NCBI RefSeq assembly: GCF_019059575.1
Contig: NW_024881521.1
Coordinates: forward strand, 729,297 to 793,296
Reading direction: 5' to 3'
DNA length: 64,000 nt
Source: Amphibalanus amphitrite
Lineage: Eukaryota
The position numbers and the translations under genes were made by a program. Under the pieces are notes generated by a model. The model had not been told where the DNA came from. It saw only the letters and a program-made list of their open reading frames with translations, and did not search any database. Positions 44,652 through 57,864 of the stretch are shown here, one piece after another. How positions within the stretch are numbered: the first letter of the stretch is position 1; the number at the start of each line of letters is the position of its first letter.

Positions 44652-46769
44652 GGCCCCCGTTGCCCGCGCCACTATCACCAAGCGTTCGCCTCAGTTGGCT
44701 GTCAGCGGCCGAAACCACTCGCGTCGGCTCGTTTGTAGGGTAGGACGGCCCCTAAAAAACGCCAAATACACCCAATGGAATGAAAAAGTCTTAGGCTAAG
44801 CGTCCGCTGCCCAAACCTTTCTCGATCTCTGCTGAGCAGTTAATGGTTTGACCACGAATCCGGGCACATGCCGCATGCGGAAAGGTTCCCAGTGTGTTCC
44901 GCTGGCGATGCCCGGTCTGTTATTGCGGCATGGCTCTTGGTGGTGAGTTTGGGTCGAACCCTTAGTTAGTGTGAACCGGGGCGGCGAGGGACTCCCTCCA
45001 CCCCAAGGTCGGCTCCCTTCCTGAGTCAGCTGTGACTGGACCCCATACTCCCCGCACAGTGCCGCCAGTGACTCACTGTCGACCCGCGTGGGGGCGCCGC
45101 GACCCACTAATGGAACGTGACCGTGTTCGGGGTGTTCGTTGGTCGTCTGCCTCTCGTGGCCGCCGGGGGACCAGCGGGGGAGCCGGGTCGTGCGGCGTCG
45201 GCTGGTATCAGGTTGCGGCGGGCGGCCCGTCCCGCCGCTGTCGCCTGGTTTGAGGACCGTGGCGGCCCCACTGTGGGCCTCTGTGGCCCCGCGGACGGTA
45301 CCGGCAGGCGGGCCCGCGGCTGCCCCGGCGTTGACTGTCTCATCAGCCGGTCCGGTGTCGTGGCGGTGCCGGGGCTGTGCCAGCGGCCGGCGGCCGGCTC
45401 TGGCTCCGCCGATGGCTGTCTTTTCTGACTGGCGGTCGGCGCGGGCGGCCTTGGGGGGGGGGGGGGAGGGGCGACTGTGGTTCCCGGCGGCCCAGCCTAT
45501 TTCGTTCGTTGCTATTCCGGTGTGTGTGAAGCCATGCCTGGACGCACTGCGGTCAGGGGGGGGGGGGGGTCCGATCCGATGGTTTTGTCCCCGTGTCGGT
45601 CTTGGACCCCCGTGTTCACGGCCTCGGGGTTGCGAAGTTTAGCCCGGCACGCTTCCCGGCGCCTAAACCGACGTCATCGGTGCTGGCTAAAATGGAATGC
45701 CGCGAATCTGGGATCAGTGGCCTGGTTTCGCCTTTGATATCGTGCTGCAGATTATCTAGTCGTCGGCAGCGGTCCCGTAGACCTATGTTGCGCGCAACTT
45801 AGCCGCGGCGTCGGCGGCGGACCCGGTTTACGTGCTCATACGACCGCACATACATAAATGAGGTTTGTATGGCCATGTGGCCGTGAATGACTGGTAGAAA
45901 AGGTTGTGCATGGATTCCGGTGCTGTGATGGCACCGCACGCAAAGCACAGTGCCTCACGGAAAATAGGAACGGTGCATTGTTAGCGTACTTTAAACGCAC
46001 CTACCCAGGTACCTAAGAATCACGTGCTGTTCATGAGGCCTGTGAGCACGGGCGCCGATGACTTTTCTGCCGCTCCGTTCTGGCCTGCGGGATGACGACT
46101 TGCATGCCAGCGCATGTGGGGACTCCCATTTGGCAGCTGCTCGCACGGGTTACCGTGGGTGGGCAGGGTTCGCGAAAGTGTCGGCTGCCAGCTTGCCGCA
46201 GATTGCAGTGTCGCGACGCTTACTCGGAGTCTCGAGATTGGGGAGCCGGCAGGCAGCGGCGTAGTCGGTGTAGTTGTGTCCGGGCATGATCTTGCATGCA
46301 TTTTGTCTGTGCTTGCTCGATTCCTGCACTCAGAATGCACTTTGAGAGCAGTTTGAATAAAGACTCAATTGAGCGCTGAGACCAGCCTCAAATGTGTCTG
46401 ATTTTAAACGGTTTCAGTAAGGCTTCCTAAGGGCTCATGTACCCGAATACTGGATTCAAGCGATACCGAAACTGGGGTTCGGACTAGAAACTGGTTTCAT
46501 AGTGAGACTAATTTTTTAAAAGCTTGACACCGAAAATAGGTACCGACTGAGCTCTGTTTCTGCGATCAATGGCGTTGCTCAGAAAATATTCTCAAAATGT
46601 GTGATCTGTTTTGAATCGGGGACATTAGCCCGAAACTGATCTCTGAGACCAAAAATGGAGAAACTGTTTTCTCAGTGTGTGCGGATTGTTCGTTCGGTCT
46701 CGTCTGCCACCGCTGAGCCCAGTGTTTCAGACATTGGACGAACGAAGTTCATAGTCTGTCGATAGCTAG

Positions 46770-49700
46770 ATGCCTGTCGAGTTGCAGAGCAGCCGATGCA
46801 TGACGCAGACCGGGTGTGTATGTGTGTGTGTGTGTGGGGGGGGGGTGCGTGTGTGTGTGTGTGTGCGTGTGTGTTAAGCGCAAAGTGGCCGAGGCGTCGG
46901 CAGCGGACCAGGTGTGTAGTGAAGACAGAGTGGCCGAGGCGTCGGCAGCGGACCAGGTGTGTAGTGAAGACAGAGTAGCCGAGGCGTCGGCAGCGGACCA
47001 GGTGTGTAGTGTAAACAGAGTAGCCGAGGCGTCGGCGCCGGACCGGATGTATGCGTATGTCGATGCAGAAATACGGAGGCGGCCACTTAGAAAATACTTG
47101 AGACCTTTTTACAAAGAGACTCCTTGAGTGCTAAACCGAGCCTCCAAGGTGACTGGCTGAGATGTGTTTCTGCGGCAGCGTATGTCCATCAAGTTGCGTT
47201 CGGAAGCGCTTCTCGAAATGCGTGGTCTGTTTTGACAAGGGGCATTATCCTAAAGCTGGTCTCTGAGGCAAAAAAAAAGAGATGCTGTTTTCCAGTCCCG
47301 GCGAAGAAAAAAAAAAGAATGTCGAGTTGCAGAGCAGCCGAGGCGTCGGCGGCGAACCTGTTGTATATGTATCTACGTATGTATGTATGTATGTATGTAT
47401 GTATGTATGTATGTATGTATGTATGTATGTATGTATTCACGTCATAGGGCACATCCCCGTAATTGAGGCTTTCCTGTACCCTGGAGTCGTTAATATAAAA
47501 CAGACGATCAGTTGGGTCAGCATACACATACATACACATGCACACACGTGCACCCACATGCACACATCTAACCAACCCCCCACGTTGCCTCGTCAACAAG
47601 TGCTGCTTTATCTCGCTATTGAAGCGGCTCCCAGGCAGGTTTCGTGTCACGCTTAGCAAGATGTTATATGCGATGACAATAGCGTGTCTGAACTACGCCT
47701 GCCAGACTCCAATCGAATCGCCGGCGTGACTAAATGGTCTGCGTTCCGTGTTGTACGGTACGGCGGTGAACATCTCCACGAGTGACCAGGTCGCCGGCGA
47801 TCGACTCAGGCTCTGATGTCACTAAAAGGCGCTTTAGTAAGCTAAGTGCCTACCGTGTTGCAGAGGGCCGAGGTGACGGCGGCGCACCTGGCCCTGTAAA
47901 TTGCAGAGTAGCCGAGGCGTCGGCGGCGGGCCTGATGCGTGTGCATGGGTTGCAGATTAGCCGAGGCGCCGGTGGCGGACCCGATGTGTGCAGGGGTTAC
48001 AGTGCAGCCCAGGCGTCGGCGGCGGGCCCGATGTATGTGCATGAGTTGCAGAGTAGCTGAGGCGTCGGCGGCGGTCCTGATGTACTTACGTGCAAGGGTT
48101 GCAGCGTAGCCGAGGCGTCAGTGGCGGACCTGATGCGTGTGCGTGAGTTGCAGAGTAGCCGAGGCGTCGGCGGCGGGCCTGATGTATGTGCCGTTGCAGA
48201 GTAGCCGAGGCGTCGGCGGCGGACCTGATGCATGTGCAGTTGCAGAGAAGCCGAGGCGTCGGCGGCGGACCTGATGTATGTGCCGTTGCGGAGTAACCGA
48301 GGCGTCGGGGGCGGACCTCATGCATGTGTGTGAGTTGCAGAGTAGCCGAGGCGTCGGCGGCGGACCTCATGTACGTGCGAACATGGGTGGAGAATTGTTT
48401 TCAAAGTTGGTATGGCGCCAGTTGCTTGAAACAATACTATCGTGTTTTATTCTTATCAAACTGAAAACCTTAAATTTCGTAGCTTTTACCCTGAAAAAGT
48501 TGGTATGGCATTGCCATACCATCTTTTAAGTTGGTGTGGCGCGTGCCATGCCTGCCATACCATATTCTCGACCCATGCCGGTGCAGAGTTTATGGGGTGG
48601 CTGAGGCTATACGACGGCGAGCCTGATGTGTGTGCATGAGTAGCAGAGGAGCCGAGGCGTCGGCGGCGGACCTGATGCAAGTGCATGAGTTGCAGAGTAG
48701 CCGAGGCGTCGGCGGCGGACCTGATGTGTGTGCGTGATTTGCAGAGTAGCCGAGGCGTCGGCGGCGGACCTGATGTATGTGCGTGATTTGCAGAGTGGCC
48801 GGGGCGTGTCGGCGAACCTGATGTGTGTGCGTGGGTTGCAGAGTAGCCGAGGCGTCGGTGGCGGACCTGGTGTATGTGCAGTGCAGAGTAGTGATGTCAA
48901 CTACGGAAAATCGGAATACCGATACCAAACCAAGTACCAACCTAGGGTGCATTATACCAACAAATTACCGAACACATTAGGAATCAAATACCAAGTACCG
49001 AGTTGGTATCAGTATGGTATCGGTATACCGAAAAGTTGTATCCGAGGACATCTCTACTGCAGAGTAGCCGAGGCGTCGGCGGCGGACCTGATGCATGTGG
49101 GTGCCGAGGCGTCGGCGGCGGACCTGATGTATGTGCGGTGCAGAGTAGGACGTCGACTACGGAAAAATCGGAATACCGATACCAAACCAAGTACCAACCT
49201 AGGGTGCATTATACCAACAAAATACCGAACACATTAGGAATCAAATAGCAAGTACCGAGTTGGTATCAGTATGGTATCGGTATACCGAAAAGTTGTATCC
49301 GAGGACATCTCTACTGCAGAGTAGCCGAGGCGTCGGCGGCGGACCTGATGCATGTGGGTGCCGAGGCGTCGGCGGCGGACCTGATGTATGTGCGGTGCAG
49401 AGTAGGACGTCGACTACGGAAAATCGGAATACCGATACAAAACCAAGTACCAACCTAGGGTGCATTATACCAACAAAATACCGAACACATTAGGAATCAA
49501 ATAGCAAGTACCGAGTTGGTATCAGTATGGTATCGGTATACCGAAAAGTTGTATCCGAGGACATCTCTACTGCAGAGTAGCCGAGGCGTCGGCGGCGGAC
49601 CTGATGCATGTGCGTGCCGAGGCGTCGGCGGCGGACCTGATGCATGTGCGTGCCGAGGCGTCGGCGGCGGACCTGATGCATGTGCGTGCCGAGGCGTCGG

Positions 49701-49910
49701 CGGCGGACCTGATGTATGTGCGTGCCGAGGCGTCGGCGGCGGACCTGATGCATGTGCATGAGTATTTATGTGCGTGAGTTGCAGAGTAGCCGAGGCGTCG
49801 GCAGCGGGCTTGATGTATGTGCAGTGCGGAGTAGCCGGGGCGTCGGACGCATTGCAGTTGCAGAGTAGCCGAGGGGTCGGCGGCGGACCTGATGTGTGTG
49901 CATGAGTTGT
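46770..49910. repeat. Composite satellite block. It contains a 45-bp unit x3.5 (46885-47045). A ~49-bp monomer (gagttgcagagtagccgaggcgtcggcggcggacctgatgtatgtgcgt) forms arrays at 47880-48370 and 48620-48890. A ~245-bp higher-order unit x3 lies at 48895-49630, and a 31-bp sub-array at 49560-49905. (GT)n sits at 46814-46874 and (ATGT)n at 47376-47436.
   Basis: Direct reading. Identical ORF-track peptides at 49003..49248, 49260..49493 and 49516..49761 confirm the ~245-bp period. Confidence 0.85.
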
Positions 49911-50368
49911 AGGGTGGCCGGAACCAGGTGTTTTGTGTGTGTCGCGTCGCAGGTTGGGGTGCCGCGTTGCACGACCCTTCAAAGCGTGCCTACCAGGCTC
50001 CCCGGTTTCCTTTACGATTGTGTGTGCGCTTAGTATGCCTCTGAATAGATGCGCGTCAGTCGCCTGGGAACCATCCTCATGGTGGCGCCGCGTCAGTCGC
50101 CGGGCAACCATCCTCGTGGTGTCGCCGCCAAGGAACCGCACTCCGCTGTACGTACCCCCGAGCCGTGCTCGATACGCCTCACCTGCCGTGCCGGCGTTAG
50201 TGTGCCTGACCATAGAATCCTTGTAGCCGTTGGTACTCCCCACAGCTTCCCTGGCTCCCTTCTCGCTCGCTCTCCGCTCCACTCGCCGGCGGCCATGTCG
50301 GCGTTAAGGAGTGCGTGATCGGATAATCCTCGTAGCCGTTGGCACTCCACACGGATTCCTTAGCTCAC

Positions 50369-50624
50369 TTCTCGCCCACTCTCTGCTCCACTCGCCGTCC
50401 GTCGCAGTCGACGACTGCCGTTCGCGCCTCTCGGCTCTGCTGCCAGCGGCGCGCCCGTTCCTACACTCCCCTTCGCACCACCCCTAGTCAGGGTCTGCTC
50501 CGCGTCTGTCGGCGGGGTGATTTATCTGTCTCCGACCCCCGTCTCCCTTTGCTCCGGTCACGTTCAGTGGCGCCCGGGCAGGGTCCTAACCTTCCATAGC
50601 CGCGTCGCCGCTATGAGTTGATTA
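50369..50624 (+). repeat. Dispersed repeat B, copy 2 (256 bp), same orientation as copy 1; a partial extra copy of its 5' end lies at ~50215-50290
   Basis: See copy 1. Confidence 0.9.
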
Positions 50625-53600
50625 CGGGTGAGCATTCAAGGACGAGATTACAGGCGCATTTCCAGCATATCAAGATAAACGGAACGGAGATAAACAGACC
50701 TGCAAAATCTCCGCTTCGGTATCCGGTATTCACAATATTTTGGTGAAAAACAGCAGAGACAGAGCGGTCGGTCGATAAGCTAGTACAACATGCGTGCACC
50801 GCTGCTCGGTCCGCTTCTATTGTGGGTTATCCTCAGAAACCTCCACAAAGCGTCCCCACAACCCACCGTGACTGCCGCCGAAGCCTCGGTCGCGCCGGGA
50901 GTGTGACAGCCGCGCCTCCTCTGTCACAGTCGCGCCGCCGGCGCCGCTCTGCGTCACGTTCGCCGCTCGTCAATCCTCGCTGATGTATCGTCGTCGCCGC
51001 GCTTCGTCGCGGGCGACGCGCCGACGACGGCGACGGATCGTCACCGCCGGCGGGGGCGGGGGCGGGGGCGGTGCCGTCTCGCGGCCGGCGCGGGCCCCTC
51101 GGACAATTTGGCGGCCTAACCGGCGCGGCGGCGCCATTACCGTCATTACGATCGCAGGTTAATTCTGGGCCGATTGCTGCGGCCCAGCGGTGACCCCGCT
51201 CACCCCGCCGTGTTCGGTCGGTCGAGATGAGCCGCTGCGGAGCCTCACCTGAGTCATAACCACCGGTGGACGGAGTGGTCAGCGCGCGGCGCCGGCCACC
51301 CTCTCCCTCTCGTTACTGCGCGGGCCAAGGCCAGGTCAGCTGCAGCGCGGCCCGTCCCTCCGCCCAGAGCGGGCCGCCGCCGAGAGGCGCCGACAGACTG
51401 CTCTCTCACGGGCTCATAGCACCGCCGACTCACTATGTTTGCATGAGTGGGCGGATAGGTGCACCCGCGCGATCAAGTTCGTGTGCGATGACTGTTCGCC
51501 TGTTTAACTACGATATGTGGGGGCGGAGGGCGTATGCGCACTCTACGCATATCCGAGCATGCGGGCGCGGGTGTGTATTTTCGGAATCTGAGACAATAGT
51601 GTGGTGTGCTGGCGGCGGCGGCGGCCGGCCGATGCGCTCCGCCCCCGCAGCCGTCTCCGACACGACCGTGGAATGATAACGAGCGGCCGACACCGGCCAG
51701 CCTTGTAGCGCCGCTGACAAATGCGCCGCTTTGTGCCAGAATAGCGACAATTACGGCGCGATGACTGCCGTTCCTAGCTGCGCCACCGCCACCGCCACCG
51801 CCCGGCTTCTGGCGAGGAGTTATAGCGGCAGGAGAAGATCAGGAGCTGACATCGGTTTGACTTCTACCGTCGCCGCTGAAACACAGGATTACCTGTTCGA
51901 GTAACCGCGGCTGGGTGGTTAACCCAAACGGTGCCTACCCGACGCGTGCCAGCGGCGGCGCCGGCGGCGAGGATGGCGCGGTATGCCGGACGCGGCAAAC
52001 ACTGCGCGGCCGGCGCGCCGGCTCGGCCGCCGCCGGCCGCTCGCGCGCCGAATTAGGCGGCATTGTGCGGCGGCGGCACAAAAAGCGGCGCTAATTGTCT
52101 GCGGCCGAGCCCGGTCACCACCCACGGTCCGTGCCGCGACCGGCCGGTCGGCGCCGCTCTCCGAACGGACGGGGAGAGCGGGACCCGCGGACGGCGCCGT
52201 GACCAAATAAATCCAGCGGCGACACGGGAGGTGAATTCCAGGAATGCAAAACAGCGGAGACTGCAGCCACGGTCACTGAAGTACCCAAAAAGGATGACGG
52301 AGAACGACGTCATGCACGATAAAGGTGACGAGGAATCGAGATGACGAATGGTCGAGCCCTGTGCCTATCATGAGAACGGACGATTAATTCCAACCCCCAC
52401 TGATTCAGGCAGGCCCGATATTGCACCGCCCAGAGACGGCCCCCACCGTCCGTGACCTGGCGTTCCTTTCTCCTCTGTACCGCATTCTCCCTGCTCTGGG
52501 CTGGGCGGGTTGGCCGGCCGGGCGGTCCCGACGGCTGTTCAGAGCGCACCGCACGCTGACTGGCCGCCGGAGCGCCACTCAGACCGAGCTCATTACACTC
52601 CATTCAGACGGCCGGCGAGCCCACAATAACACCAGCTTAAAACACAGTAACCACAACCGGAATTCGGTCGATTAACTCCGCCATGATTAATCGCGATCCA
52701 GCGGCAGTCGTGAGCTCATCGCGAAGCCGATGTCTCCGCCCTTCGCGCAATCGGCACTCCGGCCCCGGATGTTGGGTGGGTCCCGGTCGTCCAAGATCGG
52801 CAGTGGTTGCACGGCGCGTCTCACAGCGGGGCGAGCTTCACTCTCTGGAGCTCTGACATCGCTGCTCACTAACTCAGCTGACCGGTGATCCGACCGAGAT
52901 ACTGTCAATGCGCCGAGCTGGACCGTGTGTGACTGAGAGAGACTGAGGTCACAGAGCGGGTGCTCTCCGCGGCCCGTCTGCAGCGTCCGCCGCTGGCAGC
53001 GAGCGGTGCCAGGGCTGCAGACGGAGTCTTGTACTCCAACCCGCCGTCAGTCACCGGCTGTCAACGCTGCCCTCTCCGACACGGACCGTCGACAGGCGAG
53101 CAGCGAGGGCATAGTCGGGTAGAACAGGGCAGAACGGAACGGTGCAGGTCAGGATAGATCACGCCTCACGGCCGGGCGGAGCAGGGCGAAAGTGGGCTCG
53201 CTGGACACGTGTGGATGCGCAAACTGCGGCTCTGAAAGACGTTACCGGCAGCCAGTAGGTAGCGCTGTTCGATCTAGACCTTTATCGGAGTGCCAAGTGA
53301 TGGACCGACGTGACACGACAGCTCGGCGGTGATGGAAAGGGAAGATCGACGCAGTGGCCAGCTCCGAGACAATATCGCTGCTCGGTGCACCCTGGAGTAC
53401 CTACGCTAGATATCTGCACACTGACCCAGAATAGAGCCAACACGCTCTGGAATAGCGTGCTGGAATAACGAACTGGATATAGGAGCGAGACTTGTGACAG
53501 CTTCCGCAATCACACTAACGGCCAATAAATCTCAATAGACAGAAACCGGCAACGGTTCTCGGCAGCGATCTTTAGGAAAGCCGCCAACTATCTGCAACCA

Positions 53601-56423
53601 AAGACTTATGGACGAGCTCCACCATATCCGACACATCTCCACGCACACTACCCCACCTCACCTGACCCAGTAATCAGTAATCAATGCGGTAGCGGCCCAC
53701 ACACCACCGGAGACAATTTCCGTCCAGAAGTAAATCGTCTCCTCTGTCGGGTCGCTGGCCGCTCGGCCCCCTCTGGAGGCCCGCCCGGGCCGGCCGTCCG
53801 TCACCTGGCGTCACGGTCAGACAGCGCGACCGTCTGGCCGTCACTGGTTGACAGACGTCTCCGGCCGGGGGTCGGCCATTAGCGAGCCGGTGCGCCGCCA
53901 GACGCCCTTCTAATGCACATCCCCTGTCGCCAAACGTCGCCCCGACAGCTCCGCAGAGCTCGCAGTCATTAGCCATTGTAATTTTATTAATTAATGCGTG
54001 TAGTCTGAGCGAAGTCTGGTGAAGAGGCGGTTACCTGGTGAGAGGGAGGCAGACGGGGACGGACTGGGCGGGGGCGGGGGCGGGGGCGGTATGGGCAGTC
54101 TGCAGTCAGCCGCTCTGATCACCATGGCTCCCTCTGCCCCCTCCCCCCCCCCCCCACGGAGCCGGGAGTGGCCCAGAGTGGGGAGAGACGAAGAGAAAGG
54201 ATCGCACAGCGGGCGGCGCCGCTATGGCAGCCAGGAATGCAATGGTGATCAGGCACACGAACGGTGAATAGTGATGTAAATTGATTCGGAGAAGGGCCGC
54301 GCCGCTCAGACTTCTCATGGACGCTTCATACAGGGCTACATGACCGCAGCTGCTTTGTCTCTGACTGGGAGAGCCGGCGTACCCCGCAGTGACGGCCGAC
54401 TGTATTGGCGCTGTGATCATCCCATTCAGCCGGCTGTGAAGGATGCTCGAGCGCCGGGTAACAATCGGCGGTCCGATCAGCGGCCTGACCCTGACCGGCC
54501 GCCCCCGCCCCCGCCCTCGGCACAGCCGCCGGAGCCGCCGCCGATCGTTCCCCGGACCGGGCGCTCGGCCGGCGCCGGCATCCGTTCCCACTAACCACTC
54601 CGGTCATGGAGTATGCAGTGCGCCGAACGGACGTAGGCCGTGCAACCACGTGACCGCAGGTGCTGAGGCTGGGATCGGTCACGTGACCGTGCTCGGTGCG
54701 GAGGCCCGTTATTCGGTACGCAGTGGCTGCAGGCGGGAGCAGACGGCTGCTGACCGGCCGACTGGGCTGCTGACGGCTGTAGAATACCTATAGCTCATCA
54801 CACAGGCACGCAGAGATGGCGAGTCAATCGGGCAGATCCACCAACTCAGCGAGTCTGCACAGAGGTTATCTCAATCAGCGCACCAGCTCATAGCATGTCA
54901 GCTTCTCAAGCGAGCCCTAATCATGGCCGCAACCAAGCCACACCGCGTCAGGAGAAGATGGACGAGTTGACTCAGACCCGCGCCCGCACCCGTTTCGTTC
55001 GGAGAGGCCCGGTTCGATCAGAGCTTTTCTCGGCCGGTGCTCACTCTCCGCCCACGGACTCTGACGGGAGAGCGGGCTCCGTGAGAGCCAGCGAGCCGGC
55101 AGCCGGCGTCAATGGCGGCTAACGAGCCCCAAAAACCGCCCGCCGCCGCCCGCCAGGCCCGGAAATAAATCACACCCGGCGCCGGTCCCAGCTCGGCCGA
55201 CGCGGGGTTTCTGGGCGGACTGTGACAATGGCCAGTCAGGTAAGGAGACGGTGGTAGAGGAGATGGGGACGCCGAGCGGGAATGTCGGTCCGCCGGGACA
55301 CAGAACGAGAGAGAACTCTTCAGGACCGGTGGAGCTGAATGGAGCGGGCGGAGCGCGCAGGTGCAGACGGGGAGCGACTATCGCCCGGCCGGCCCGCCCC
55401 GTTTGAATCACTATTATCGTCCTGTCCGCTGCTCGTGTCGCCAGCCGGCCAGCCGTACCATCCCAGCAAGGATTGTCCGTCCCCCCCGCGGCTCCGCGCG
55501 GACCAACACAACGCCCCGCACGGTAGCGGGCAGTCCCTCCTGTGCACACCGGCCGAGGGCCCTTGAACTCCACCCGGTAGCGGTGAGCCGTCTGACTCTG
55601 ACTCTCGGGCGCCGTGTCATTGACTCAGCTGTCATGGAGTGGCGGGAGGAGGGCCGGCAGATCCGCCCGCCGCGGCCGCTCCGGCCCCGGCTCCGGCTCG
55701 GCCCGCACATTCCCCGCCCGGAACGCAAACAAGCGCGAGCGCCGCCGAGCCGCCGCGCCGGAGAGCTGCTGCCGAGAGCCGGGCCGTGCCAATGTGTTTG
55801 TATAAATTTTAGCGTGTGGCGGATAAAAGCCGGTCGATTTCGCCTTTAGTAGCAGCGGGGAGGCACTGGCCCACCCAGGGTCAATTGTCCTCGGTTCACC
55901 CCGGATGGGAAATTCAGAGGCAATTTAGGAGATTGTGACTGTCTAACCTATTCGTGGAATGTGTAGTGGTGATAAAACCACATTACAGTGTGGTGTATAA
56001 AGGATAGTGCTAATCAAGATACATGACATCGAACTGACATCAACAAATAAAAAATTAGACAATCTTGATCGAACATCTGCTCAGTCAGGCCTTTCCGACA
56101 CCGATCTTGGCACGAGGAAGCGACGTAAAACACGAGCCAGGGACTATTTTCATTGTGTTCACACTGAAGTACCGCCTGTCCTGTTCTGTAAACCACGGCC
56201 CGACACTGCCCAGAAGAGCACATTTTCGGCAATCATGGCCCGTGTCTGCACCGACCAATCGGTGCTGGCCGCTGGGTGTTTACTGCCTCTGACCGAGCGG
56301 CACTGTTACCCTTCTCCGACCTACCAGCCGACCCGTCCCACTGACACGTCAGGTAATGGCTGATAAGGACCACAGCCGCGGGCCGCAGCCCATAACAACA
56401 TACAGCACCACACACATATGTAC

Positions 56424-56531
<108 letters not shown>

Positions 56532-57477
56532 CATCTTTTTCTCTTACACTCTTTCTCTCTAACCTCATTTTGATACGATGCCTGAACAGAGGAACGTTTT
56601 AGGAACAGCTCGGTGATCGTCTAAGACGGACATCGACTTTAGTCCTGAATCACCCTGACGACGATAAATGATGGGTGACGAGTTACACATGTCCATCTTA
56701 TGACCCGATGAACGACGGAGGCAAAGTCTCCTGTTCAATGGGATCCGCTCGAGTTCTCTCGTCTGGGAGGCGAGTATAATCAACGGCGCTTCAGCGTGTA
56801 GAGCTTCGCGGTCCGTCGATTGTGCTTATTTGCCGGCACGGAATTTTGTATAACCGAAATTGGCGAGGCGCTTTGACGAATTTTTGGTCATTTGATACAA
56901 AAACTGTTTTGAGTAGTCCCATCTCTATTATACGATGACGGTGACCACACGACGGTTTCAGCGCCGCGCAAGGAATTCTTTTCGGTTCGTCGGGCTGCCG
57001 GCGTCAGTCAGCATCGGCGTCAGTCAGCGACTGACTGAAGTGGCTGGCCGCCGCGCTGCCCCAAACGTCTACCGCGCGTGGGAGGCGCCAACACGAAGCT
57101 CGTGAGAGAGAGGAGGCCGGCGCGATCGTGTCAGTTTCTGCAGACGCTCCTCGGCGTGAGAAAACACATGTAATCTCGTCAGCGTTCCGGACATATATCA
57201 TCGCTGTCAGATCAGACGCAGGCATTCCCTCGTCGTTAGGTGTCCGTCGATCGGAGAAAGTTATAGCCAATCGCAGCCGCAGAGTAATTGAGTCGTAAAG
57301 AATAAAATATAAATATATTTCCGCCTGGCTGACAGGCTGCTCAGACAACAATGGGAGGAGCGTTTTGCATGCTTGGTCGCCCCGGACATCGTCGAAACAT
57401 AAATCAGAGAGAAATACAATCGCACCCCGCCTTGCTGTCCGATCGTCCGCTTCATCGCATCCCGAGCAGGTACTCAC

Positions 57478-57590
57478 ATGGGGTTGGTTGTGTTCCAGTG
57501 GATGTAGAAGATCTTTGTGGCGGAGGCGCTGCCGCAGAACAGCAGCACTGCCAGCAGCGTCAGCAGCCACTCGGTGGGACCGCGGGCCAT
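57478..57590 (-). CDS. Ephrin exon 1: MARGPTEWLLTLLAVLLFCGSASATKIFYIHWNTTNP (signal peptide plus start of RBD)
   Basis: ATG at 57590-57588 (minus). A hydrophobic signal peptide is followed by IHWNTTNP, the ephrin VYWNSSNP motif. Donor AT|gtgagt (phase 2) pairs exactly with the phase-2 start of the exon at 20220. An in-frame stop follows immediately if unspliced. Confidence 0.65.
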
Positions 57591-57833
57591 ATCTGCCACT
57601 CGTGTGCGCGTCACCGGCCGACTCGGCACTGTCACTGGCGGACTGCAGCTCGACAGACTCCGCTGCCCATGCCAGGCGTCACACCACAGCGGCGGCCGAC
57701 TGACCGCTCCTCCTCAGACCTATCGCGAGACAGCACAGCACACACGTGCACCCCCACCGACCTCAGAGCACGGACTGCGGCCGGCGGCGGCCGGCGGCCG
57801 GTGGGCGGCAGCAGCCGCCGCCAGGGGGACGGC

Positions 57834-57864
<31 letters not shown>

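Noticed and set aside
44920-44960. tRNA/SINE-like B-box (GGGTCGAACCC) with a weak A-box-like TGGCTCTTGGTGG ~20 bp upstream
   Set aside because: Box spacing is wrong for a tRNA, no cloverleaf could be drawn and there is no terminator or A-tail. Probably a chance palindrome.
46885-49910. Possibility that the regular tandem arrays are CRISPR arrays
   Set aside because: Eukaryotic intron context. The units are satellites with no unique spacers of constant length and no cas genes.
49497-50282. 261-aa minus-strand ORF
   Set aside because: Runs through the tandem gccgaggcgtcggcggcggacc satellite (repeating ASGPPPTPRH peptide), which is an artefact.
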